This document shows, piece by piece, positions 33,301-44,344 of a stretch of DNA of 64,000 bases. The DNA comes from Amoebophrya sp. A120. Lineage: Eukaryota > Protista > Dinoflagellata. Position numbers and translations under genes: made by a program. Where the stretch lies: positions 1,512,392-1,576,391 of the forward strand of contig CAJINV010000013.1 of the NCBI GenBank assembly GCA_905178155.1. The letters run 5' to 3'. Each line of letters begins with the position of its first letter. Position 1 is the first letter of the stretch. A model generated the notes under the pieces. The model saw only the letters and a list, made by a program, of their open reading frames with translations, was not told the origin of the DNA and made no database searches.

Positions 33301-36108
33301 TCACCGGCCGTCGTCAAAAACGACGAAGCAGGAGATGCTGTGCCATTGTTCGCTGCTGCCGCGTCGGAGGACGACGACGGGGACGTGGTGCTAGCAGTTT
33401 GATGCTCCACTTCTTGTGCAGCCGTCGAACGGACTAAAAATTGCAGGAGTTCGTCCTTGCCCACTTGCATCATGGTGCCTGCTTTCTCCTTTAATGCCGC
33501 AAAGGTCGCGGCGTCGGCCCCGGTAAGGATGGAGTCAAGCTGCTCGATTACCAGCGGCTGGACCTTGGTGGTGATCTCCTCCAATGCGGCCGGAGAGAGC
33601 TGGAGCAGGACACTCAGGTTGTCCATCTTGAATAAATTCTGCAGCAAAATGTAGTGGAGCTGTTTCTCGGTGACACCGTGCTGGACGAGTACCTCATTGG
33701 TGGTAAATTTCAGCCCCAGCCCCTTAACCGCCGCCAGCTCGGCCTCCGAAAATCGAGTCGCCGCAGAACTGGACGCGAAGGGCAGGATCGCGAACTCCAA
33801 AATCTCCGGCACCGAAATCTGGCCCGCACGCCACTTCTGTGCCACAGTCGGAGAGAACTTTTCCAAAACCTTCAGCAAATCGAAGTAGTGCAGGTAATTT
33901 TCAAATTCTCGCCCCAGGACCGCGTCCACCGATTTCCCTAAGGCTTGGTGCCCTTCAATTGTAGCCACCGGGTGCAGCAGGCTGTACAACGTAAACTCGA
34001 CGAGGTGCTGCGCCCCGATGGCGTACAACCGCTTCAGCTCCGCCTGCCGCTCCTGCAACTGCCGGAAGGCGGCGGCACTTCCGAGGGTGGCGGCATCGCT
34101 GTCAGGCGCGGCGAGCTGTTGCGGTCGTTCTTGTGTGCTGCCGTTTGCATCTTGATGTTGTTGTAATAGTTCCTGTCCGCTTTCTTGTTTTAGTACTTTC
34201 CTGCTCGACGTCTTCTTGGTTTTGCCGACGGACAAAAAGGCACTGGAGGCCGTTGCGGTACTACTAGACTCCACATCAACCTCCCCGGACGCGGTCCGAA
34301 TCACGCCGAGGGTCTCATAGTGCGCCTTCGCTTCTTGTTCCTTCAGCTCTAGGTACTTCCAGCCCCCCTGCAACGAATTCGCCAGCATCGTGAACACCTG
34401 CCCGGCCGTGTATTTCTCGGTTCCCAGAGGGTCATCAGCGGCACTTGTCGAGTTGGTCTGTTGCTGTTGCAGCTCTTGTTCTACTACGTCGAAGTAGATA
34501 TTGTCGAAAAAGTAGGTTCTGTCGTTAAAGTCGTTTGCAAACGCGAAGGTCTCCCGCGACGCCCATGGCTTCTCGCTGTTGGTGCTGGCCAAGTGGGGCA
34601 CCAGCACCTGGGAGAGGAAAAATACCACCTTGGCCGCGTCGTTCACCGCGAAATTGTACTGCGCCACCTCGTATCAAATGCAAACATGTCCGGGCCTGGA
34701 AGAAAGCAGACACTTGTCAAGCAGTTTTGGCATATGCAATAAGTATAGTAAGTCTCTGATGCGTTCTCGTCGCACAGAGCGTGAAAAATTGAATGATTCT
34801 GCGGAGACTTGGACTTCTCCATGGCTAATCTGCATGAAAAATCGCTCCCTCCTGGGCTGCTCAAAAATCCCGTTATGTTTTGCTGACTTTAGTACAACAC
34901 AGCTTTTATTTTGTATCTTCCACAATGCGCAGCGCAACAAGTTCACACTTTATTTCCAGACCCAGACAAATATCTGCAATGCATACGTCGACTAGCCGCG
35001 CGTTGGGGGTCTTCTCGCTGACCGGAGGAGCGAGGGGTCCCGTGAGAATGTCCTGCTCAAACGTTTTTTGGTCAGTGAAGTGAAAAATGGTGGCATAGGG
35101 GTTCTTAGTAGACGTCGAGGAGGCCGGTGCCCCCGCACTGAGATCGTAAAGACCGGTGTCATCTGTCCACTTGGACGCCACACGCTTGTAAAAGTCCTCC
35201 AGGATCAGATTCAATCCCGGCACAGGAGCGTACTCGACGTCAGCGCTGCCACTCGTAGAAGTGCTGGCATAATCCGTGAATGGGCGCATCTTATCTTGCA
35301 CCAGTATCGGCTTATACTCCTCCCAGAGGGTCTGTGCAGTTTCGTTCGACCGCAAAAACTGCAGAAACTGGCGCTGCTGACGGTCAAAGTCCTGCTTCGT
35401 GGTCTTCGGATACCACGCGGTGGCCCAGGAGGTGGACAGCTGCTCCACGTCCTGGCCGTAGTTCTCCTCTGTGGGGCTTGGGGGGAAGCCGTGAAGCAGG
35501 TTGGGCGGGGGACGCGGGAAGGATTCCACCGTTGGGTGTAGGTATTCCGTCCGCAAAGGGATTCGCATGTCGTTGGGGCGGAAGAACATCTGCAGCAATT
35601 GAAAACACCCCAAAGCGAGAATGAGGAGGTAAGACCGGCAGAACGTGAGCCACCGCAGGTTCAGCCAGTGCACGTCGCAATTCTTCTGCCACAGCAGCCC
35701 GCAGTTGCCGCACCACCGCTTTTGGCAGCAGCAGCAGTAGCACCGGCAAGGCGCGGGCGCAACAATGGGATGCAGCACCTCTCTGTGGTCTCTTTTTTCT
35801 TTCCTCGGACCGCGCTGCTGTTGTTCATGTTCTACTTGCGTGCCACTGCCACCTTTCTTCCTACTTTCCCGCAGAGCAGCTCCGGAAAGGGGCGAGCGAC
35901 TGGTTCTGTTGATGGTACCACTTTCCTCCTCGGCAGCCCCCGCAGCGGCGGCGACAGGGGCGCCCACCACGAGTTCTTGTGAGGATTTTGTAGTAGGCTT
36001 CTCCCCATCGGCAGCGTCTCCCGGAACAGGGGGATCAACATCGCCCACTGTCTTAATACTTCTTATCATCGATACCTTCGACTTGGGCCGGTCGACGATC
36101 TGCGACAT
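24305..36108 (-). CDS. ABCA: Full-size ABCA-subfamily transporter, ~3274 aa, 8 exons separated by 7 introners
   Basis: Two NBDs: [16 protein letters not shown] (reconstructed), [30 protein letters not shown]; and [46 protein letters not shown]; two TM blocks; C-terminal TLEQVFL. All seven junctions are in frame; 9825 nt. The start ATG is a choice. Confidence 0.92.
25841..26092. mobile_element. Introner/MITE, family B (252 bp)
   Basis: TSD GTGGA; removal restores the H-loop QTIISTTHSM. Confidence 0.95.
28556..28910. mobile_element. Introner/MITE, family B, carrying an 80-bp insert with 18-bp direct repeats
   Basis: TSD CCGCC; frame restored ([26 protein letters not shown]). Confidence 0.95.
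29696..29974. mobile_element. Introner/MITE, family A (279 bp)
   Basis: TSD GGCTC; removal restores [19 protein letters not shown]. Confidence 0.95.
30009..30262. mobile_element. Introner/MITE, family B (254 bp), inside Walker A
   Basis: TSD TTGTG; removal restores [11 protein letters not shown]. Confidence 0.95.
31068..31277. mobile_element. Introner/MITE, family C (TIR TATCSCRMGAAAAAAGTGTTACAGTTACACATT, 210 bp)
   Basis: 33-bp imperfect TIR, TSD CATGA; frame restored (ILTFMRHSS). Confidence 0.93.
31369..31648. mobile_element. Introner/MITE, family A (280 bp)
   Basis: TSD CCGAG; frame restored (NLAVSGVVGVL). Confidence 0.95.
34672..34985. mobile_element. Diverged family B introner (314 bp)
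   Basis: Degenerate B TIRs, TSD CCTCG/CGTCG; frame restored (ARLV[D/E]VAQYNF). Confidence 0.88.
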
Positions 36109-37445
36109 CGCTTCTACTTCTTCAAGATCCACTTCTTCAAGATCAAGATGCGATGTAGAGATCAGGTCATAGCGAAACAGGTGCTGAGGGGCTAGACTTA
36201 AATAGGATGTGCGTGGCTTTCTAAAAACGTCGCGACGGCAGGGTAGTACTTGGGGAACCAAAACAAAAAGAAAAAATTCCTAAGCAAGGAGACATCACAA
36301 CGAAGCATTGGGGAAAGAAACCGAACTACCGTTGAGATGAGACTTACTAATGCTGGTCTGGATAGTAGTGCTGGTGGAATTCAGCTGGGGCAAAAATCGT
36401 GCAGATGTTTTTACTTCATCAAACTCCGAACTTCATGCAAGAAGAACGAAAATGAGGAACGAAAGACGCACGATAGCACAATGAAACGCGAGTAGATAAG
36501 AACCATCGACTGAAGGTGCACGGCGGAGAACGTAACTGAGGACGTACAAGGCTGCGAATTTGAGCAGAATCAGTCGTTTCAACATGAAGAACGATTTAAA
36601 GACGATGAATACGAATTTCAACATACGAAAATCAAGTACAAAGACGATGACATTATAGCCTGTGGCAATTTGACATGAAAATCAATGCACGGAATCTTTA
36701 CACTGTCAGTCTTGAGAACCTCCTTCTATGCTATCGGACGCGATGCTTGTGTTTGTGAGGAGCAGGATGAGTAAAAAGCTGCAGAACATTGTTGTTGAAC
36801 CACACAGGAAGTTGTTTTTGTTGCCTACCTGCCGGCGTGCCTGTGCCTACCTGCTCAACATACTAGCTGCAACGACAAAAAATATCGCCTCCTGAAAGCG
36901 CAAATAAACAACCGGTCTCAAATTTATTTCAAAAACAGCCTCCGCGAACGGACATAGTCTGCAATCATTCAAAGTGAAAACGTACACGGTGCGACAGCAG
37001 CGCAAGCCAACAAGAACTGAAACATTTCGTTAAGGTACAGTGAATTAGGGCCTTAGCCTGTTTTCTTTATGCATAGTAAAAAGTTAAAGCTAACAACGAG
37101 CGAGCACGATGATGTTTGAAGTTGGTATAATCGGAAACACATAACATATTCTGGATAAGTAGTTTCTTCGTGCGAATAAGTCTCTGTCTGATTGTGGCTG
37201 GATTTTATTTGGAAAAATTGCTCCACCTGATAGCATCTTCCAGCACCATCTCACTGGAGATTGTTTACTTCAGGTAAAATTCATCGTGAGAAAATGTTCT
37301 ACTTTTACATATACAGAACTGGAGAACAAGAAGTTGTGATGTACTGATTTTGGAGATGCTGTCGTCTCAATTTCTACTGCTGTCCTGCAACGGTGGACGA
37401 GATCTTTTTATCAATTTTCGACAAGACCTCGAAACAAGGACCTCC

Positions 37446-40400
37446 TCACCGCGCAACCCAAGTGCGCGCATTGGCCAGCGCCATGTTGAATCGGTCCCAG
37501 CCACTGGACCTGGCCCCGTTGCTCCGGCTAGTGCCTGCATTGGTGGTGGTGGGAGATGACCGCAGAAAGTTGCTCCACCGCCTCGCTGATGTATCTCCGT
37601 CATCGCTCTTCAGTTTTGCGTCCTCCTTGTCATTCCGCAGCTTCTCCGCAAACACCACACTGAAATACTTGTACTGCATATCCTCAGTAAAAACGTACCC
37701 ACGCCAGAGTTGTAATGCAGATTTGCAAAGACAGGAAGACTTGTAATGCGCATCCCCATGCGAGCCATTTCCAATCGTATTTTGGAACTTGTGATGCTGT
37801 TAACAGGATGAGCAGATGAATCTGTGATGCGGCTGCACTTGCTAACCTGCACTACGCTGCATAGTGCAACTTGTCATGCGTGACTCACAAAACTCCTAGG
37901 CTTGTGTTGCAAAATCCCCATCCTGACTCTGGTGTGGGTACGTTTTTACTCAGGATACTGCAGCAGTTCTTTTTGCTGCGGGTCTGTCAGATACGTCTGC
38001 TTGAACACATTGCTGTTCTCGATGGCTCTCCCGAGTACTTGCCCCGTCGCTTGTTTCATGAGGTACCGCATGAGCAGTTCCATCGGTGGCGAGGACGGCG
38101 GAAGAGGATCGGTTTTGGGTAGTTGGTCTTGTTCCGCCCCATACGCATTTTCAATATTTGTTGTTCGTCCAGAGGAGGCACTACTAGTTGTACTAGCGAC
38201 CCCCTCCTTCTGGAACCTTTTCTTGTTATAACTGCCGCTCGACACGGCTAGCGCAGATGTTGAAGTGCCACCCTGTTGCCGTAGATCCGCCTCGACTACC
38301 TCCTCCTCTTTCAGATTGAAAACTTGCAAGAACTCGTTCAGCGGCAAGATGGCTTGCAGCCGCGTCTTCAGCTCCTCGAGGCCGTCGAACCACTGCCACA
38401 GCGCAAACAGAAAGGGGTAGAAATTCGCTTCGTCAAAGTCAAAGCAGTGAAAGTATTCGAGAATGACCTTCTGGAACACATCCCGAAAGACCCGCTGCTC
38501 CAGTTCATTCTTCAAGTTGATGCGGTTTTGCAGCGCGAAACTGTACGTCAACAGATGGCTCTGCTTCTCCTGGCTGTGCTCGCTGGCCCAGGTGGTGATG
38601 GCGGCCTTGCCCACGTCAAAGTACTCGTTCATGATTTTCGTCTGCAGGCGTTCATCGCACACAAAATGGCTTTTTTTCTTATTGCCCTTGCCCTGTTCAT
38701 CAACATCATTCCGCAGCTTAAAGTAAATCCCAACGACGTGCTCCACGTTCTCGGCCCAGATCCGCAGGCGGCTGTCGTCCGCGTCGCTGACGTCTATGGG
38801 TCTGGCACTGGCCAAATCCGGGACCGGATCTTCGAACGCCCCCAGCAGCGCAGCCTGCTTCAAGGCGTGCGTTTTTGCGCACAGCAGGTCGTTGTGCAAA
38901 TCCGCACTCTTGCTGGAAAATTTCCCGAAAAAGCGCGAAAGAATCGACTGCTTCAAGCGTCGCGCCTTCACGACCTCCTGCTGTGTCTTTCTGTCATCAT
39001 CTTGCAGTTTCTCTTTAGTACCTTCCGACGATGCAACAAGGGACGACGCAGATGAACCCGACCTCGAAACAGGTGCTGGTTTCCGCTTGTTGCGCCAGTA
39101 AATTTCAGGATCCGCAAAGGTGACGCTAACAACCCGCTTCTTGGTGGGCTTGGAATTAGTGTCTGAGTGCGCCGCCCACATCTTCTTATTGCTGCCTCTC
39201 GACGCAGGAGTTGCACCAGAGTCCTCGTAGAAGTGAAAAAGCAAATTGGACAAATCCGGGCGGCCGTGGAATGCCCCCGCTTTATCCTTCATCTCGCGGC
39301 CGGGGCAGGCTTCGTGAATCCAGAGCCGGAACGCTTGCGTGAAGGCGTGCACAGCCGACGAGTAAAAGCGGATGCGCAACCGGTGGTACACTCTCTGCGC
39401 ACCGAACCCGGCCGCCGCACTGCGGGTGCTTTCAACAAGGTTGGGATTCGAGGCGAGACTGAACCTTGCCATCATAGCAGTCTGCTGGTTCTGGTGTACG
39501 ACCGCGGCCCGCGGAACAGATGCACCATCTTCCACGGTACCACTACCGGTCTCGTCGAGCGCGGAGGGGTCGGAGATTCGAGCGTAGGTCAGGAACTCGC
39601 TGCCATCGACGGTCTGGTGTTCCCCATGGTCGTCGTCGAGGGATTCAGCATCCTCGTCCGGGGGGCGGACCAGCAGCTGGCTGTAGTGCGACCTGAGCAC
39701 GGAGACAATGGGGTCGTAGTACCGATCATCCAGCTGAATGCGGCCTCCGGCCTCGAGGATCTCCTGCTTCGTCTATTACAATGAAAAATGCAGCCCCCAC
39801 CCCAGAACTTGCAAAAGTTTCTGATGCAAAGTTTCCAAGTGAAAACTCTCTGTCTTGCATGGAAGGACTGCGAGTCTTTCTGATGCAGAATCTAGGTGCG
39901 CAAGGTATCTTTTGCATAAGAGATCCGGCTGCTGCTGGGCTCTTTGCAATACAAATTCATTGAGCTATTCACCATGGAAAATTTGTGACGCTGCTATATG
40001 CAAGACGAAGACGGGAAATGTGTCTATTGGAAAAGTTTGCAATACAAATGCTGCCAAGTAGTTCTGATTCGGGGCATTTTTCGTTTGCATATCGTCCGCG
40101 GCTTCCTCACCTTCCGCATCGCCCCGGTCAACTCCGCCCCGAAATGGTCCAGCTCCGTGGGTGGTTCCACGCCCGCGCCGGAGGCCTCCACCGCGAGCGG
40201 GTTGGAAGAAAACATCTTCAACGCCTTCCCCTGCCGCTCTGCAGCCGCGTCGAGAGTCGCCAGATGTGGGAAGGGCATTTGGAAGTCGTACTCGAGCGAC
40301 TGACCCTTGTGCCAGGGAGTGCGCACCCGCAGCGCAAACCGCATCTGCTGCAGAACCGCCCTTTCGCTCTTCATCCGAAGCCGCAGCAACACCCCTACGG

Positions 40401-43172
40401 CGTCTCGAAAGGATCGGAACCCGTTAGCCAGTACGAACACCGCCTGTCCGTACCGCGTCCGTGCCTCGCTAATTACGTGCTCGCGGCGCTTGGTCGTTTT
40501 CAAATGATTGGCCTCGGCAATCTGCGAGGGCACGCCAAGGATTTCTGGCAGATACAGTCCCTTCTGGAGCAGGTTTTGCCGCTGGTCCTGCTCCTGCTCT
40601 TCCACAGCAAACAACTCATGTAGATAGGCACGCTCTGCCCGCAATTTCTCGCGGAACACCCCGGGGCGAAGCATCTTTAAGACCAGATGTTCCGGCGGTA
40701 GCACGACACTGGACTCCCAGGATCCGTCGCCACCATCGGGCATGCGATCCCCACCAAGTAGATCATGATCATGATCAAAAAAATAGTGCATGTAGCCAGA
40801 TCTTCTTTGACTTTGTACTAAGAACGAGCTGCTGCTCGTCGCTTCTGTCACTTCACCACGTGGCCCGTCCGTGGGCCGGGGCGACGTCCTCGCCGTCTCA
40901 TCTCCACCTGCTGCGCCCTCTTCTGGCTGTTGTTGAATCAGGTGAAAGCTTTCCCCGAAAGCAGAAGCAAGGTCGGAAATGCGCAGCGGCCGTTGATCCT
41001 TGTGGGATTTTTTGCCCGTGATCAGCTCTTGCAAATTCACCACGAAAGTGTTATCGCTTGTCTCCTCCACGACACAATCCTCGAAGAGCGATTGAAAAGT
41101 GACTTCCGTGTGATACAGTCGCCCAAAAATGGCCCCCGCCGACGTGTCTGCATCACTCGCGGTGCCACTTTCACTCAAAGCGCCACTTCTTGTTGCCCCC
41201 TGAGGAATATAGAGACGGTAGTCATAGTCCTCGTACATCAAACAGCCGTCTTCGTCCTTCTTGTCGCTCTGCTTGTACCTGGGTGCTGGGGCTCCTGTTC
41301 GTGATGTTGGCTGTACTTTTTCGTGCAGTTGCCCCAGCCGTGCTGCCAGCGTGCTTTGCACAACATCAAGGGGAGACGGCGTAACTTCTTGCCCACGAAA
41401 CTCCCGGTTTACCACATTCGTGTACTTCCAAAGGCTCCGGCCGTGATTCACCTTGACACCAAACTGGTGAAAAGTAGACAACAACACCGGGCCGGAATCC
41501 TCAAAAATGCGCACCAGCTCGAAGCAGGAGTTTGCTTCTAGGAGCCGCACGCAACCCTGCGGGGGCTGTCCGGGCGACGACTCCGCGCACGCCCCAAGCG
41601 CCACCGAGGTCGCCTCTGGGGCGGTTTTCTCAAAGTAGTACTCCAGGTAGGAAAACAGGATCGGAATCTTCACGGACAGGTGAATTTTCTCGAAATAGTT
41701 TTCTACGAACGTCGGGACGATCGTCTCAGTAAGCGGATCAGCAAGCAAGACGTTCTGGCCTTTCTCTTTTTCGCGAAAAAACTGCTCGCTGTAGATGTTT
41801 TTTTCTAGTTCCTGCTGGAAGAGACCGGGAAATGTTTCCGCGCACGGCACCACGGTGGGCTTGTGATGATTTTTCATTTCCGCCGGAAGAACATACGGCG
41901 CCGCATAACTCGCGACGGAAACCGGTGCGGCTTGCAGCAAATCGCTCAGCGTCAGTTTCTTCAACCGCGCCACACTATGGAACTGTCAGAATCGAAATCG
42001 ACAAAGTTGAAATGATTTGTCATGCATAAAATGGATGCCAGTTGGAGCCCAGTTTTCAAGTGGCGCATGACAAATTTTGGTGGTTCCTAAATCCAGTTTG
42101 TAATGCTGTTTGGGTAAGGAAGACGCCTTTTGTCATGCTACTTCCGCAGCTCTATTTCTCCCCCTCAAGAGGCTGACAATCTGCCTCCGTTGCCTACTCT
42201 GCAAGACAGACACTTTGTGGGTTGCATTTTATGCATCACAAATTTTTTCAACTTTGACGATTTCAATCCTGACGCTTCCATACACACTTTCCGCACCGTA
42301 GAATTCCGCCAGCCTCTTTTCTATCAAATGTAAAAATGTCTGGGTCTGGAAACTTGTGATGCTGGGGGGCGTCTCATGATGAGGCCACAAGTACTGGCTC
42401 AGCATGACAAGTTTCTGAGCTTCTAGGTATTGCCTATTCTGCATGACAAACTGCGTTTCTGCATCACAGAAAAGTGTAGCTCTTGAGCAACGTGCATGAC
42501 AGATTTAAGAGTCATGCCAGACAAGCATGACAAACACGCATTCTTCCAGACCCAGACATTTTTACATTTCATATCTTCTACGTTGGCGCAACTGGTGTCT
42601 GGGCCGCAGATTTTCTCAAGCAAAAGTCGCGGCTTCGCGTCGCCGGCGAGAAACGCGGCGGGAAGGAGCGCGGTTGTACTATCAGCGGCCGTGCTTTCCT
42701 CTCCTTTTCCAACCTGGAGCAGTTGACTGCTGCTGCGCGAGGACGAGGATCCTTGTTCCCAAGAAGAACTCCCTCTCCACCTCGAGTTCGTGCCACCAAC
42801 GGTCGGCGCGTATGTCGTACCATCTCCGTCGACGTCCTCCACATCCTCGTCTGCCCCAAAAGTTATTTGATCCTCGTCGTCTTCGTTTCGGTTGTAGTTC
42901 CCCCCGTCGGGATGGATAAGAACCGCAGAAAAAGTAGGCCCACGGTGAAGACGTCGATGCTCTTCGTCTTCTGCTGCAGAAGTAGATGCTGTTGTACCTG
43001 TAACTGTCTGCTCGGTCATCTCCTGCTGTTCCTCTTCTGCCGGTTTTGAAAACACTGCACTTGTTATTTTACTGCCATCTAGTAAAGCGAGTAGGAGACT
43101 GAGAAAACACGTTCTTGACGCCGCCGCCACCGACGTCCAGCGCGGGGAGGTGGTCCACGCGACGTGCTCCAT
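37446..43172 (-). CDS. Hypothetical, probably secreted protein ~1516 aa, 5 exons separated by 4 introners
   Basis: Hydrophobic N-terminal CFLSLLLALL; four junctions all in frame; 4551 nt. Confidence 0.75.
37679..37957. mobile_element. Introner/MITE, family A (279 bp)
   Basis: TSD CTGCA; frame restored (KELLQYKYFSV). Confidence 0.95.
39774..40091. mobile_element. Diverged introner, family D (318 bp)
   Basis: Ends TATTACAATGAAAAATGC / GCATTTTTCGTTTGCATA, TSD TCGTC; frame restored (KPRTKQEILEAGG). Confidence 0.85.
41976..42282. mobile_element. Introner/MITE, family E (TIR TATGGAAGYGTCAGGATTGAAATCGTCAAAGTTGAAA, 307 bp)
   Basis: 37-bp imperfect TIR, TSD CACAC; frame restored (YGAESVARLKK). Confidence 0.93.
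42322..42573. mobile_element. Introner/MITE, family B (252 bp), inverted relative to the 20696 and 25841 copies
   Basis: TSD TTTTC/TCTTC; frame restored (ANVE[E/K]RLAEF). Confidence 0.93.
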
Positions 43173-44344
43173 GTTCAATACACGTGGACGAGAGGACGCC
43201 ACTTTCCTTCTTTCAAAAACTTACTGCACTTTCTTTTTCCTTTATATAGGCAAAAAAAAACCTCCACCTCCTTGCGGAAAGGAAAACAACATAAAATTCA
43301 TTGGATTCATTCTGTGCTGGCATTTATACAAAATGGCACACACTGCTCCTCTTCGTAGATTTAGGCTTGAGGGTTTATTTTCTTTTTGTTTACCACGACC
43401 CGGCTTTCAAATACGATTCGGACTCCCACGAAGCAATATATTTGTATTTAGCACGACAAAAACAGAATCTGCACGAGCGGATCTATGTATCACAGTACCA
43501 CAGCCATGTGCGCGCTGGCATAGTACCTGAAACAGAAACTTTTGCCAATTGTTCTTCCGCGCAACCATTTACGAGCATGAGCACCACGCTCTCCCCTATA
43601 TATAAATCTCCTGACAAGTGATGAACAACATCATCAAGTCGTCAATGATAGATCAACACCGACATCACTAAGAGCACCAGTGCACTTTACGACGAAGGGA
43701 AAAGAGTCGAACTAGATTATCCTCGGGTATAGATAATACCGTGTAGTATACGATAAACGTACAGCGCCCCGCCTGCACAAGAAGAATTTCACTTACTTCC
43801 GCCTGCAACACGACACGAGCAAAGAAGATGGCAGCCACCAGAGTGGAAGTTGAACTAATTTAGTAGAACAACAGGGGATCGATGGCGATGGAATCTTGTT
43901 GCGGCTTTTCCTCCGGACGAAACTATCGGGCGGCCGTGTATGATTTGTTCCTAGGAAGTCGCTTAAAGTTGTTGCTCAAATAAAATCTGTTTTCAAATAA
44001 AATCATCAAAAGATTTTATTTTCATTATTTCCACACGGAGGAACGGGTGGTCGTGACTACACACGAAGTCGCTACACTTTTACTATTGTACTCACTTACT
44101 TCAATCACAGTCGTTGATGTCATTGTCGCTTTTTGAAAAAATCTCTTTCGCAGGAGCTACTCACGAGTCATATTGCGCTCCTCGTCCTGTAGGTGCAAGA
44201 ATTAACATTTCCTGTCCTTCTAAAAGCAAAACGTAGCCTACGTCGTGTGAAATAAAGATAAACCAACTTTCATCTGCTTCTTGACGGGCGGCAAAGAGCT
44301 GGCATTTTTGCGGTGCTCTGATTTTTTCAGCTGTGGTCTCCTCG

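Noticed and set aside
24305-36108. ABCA locus as a transposon-riddled pseudogene or several separate genes
   Set aside because: All seven junctions restore one frame, catalytic motifs are intact, and no stops occur in exons.
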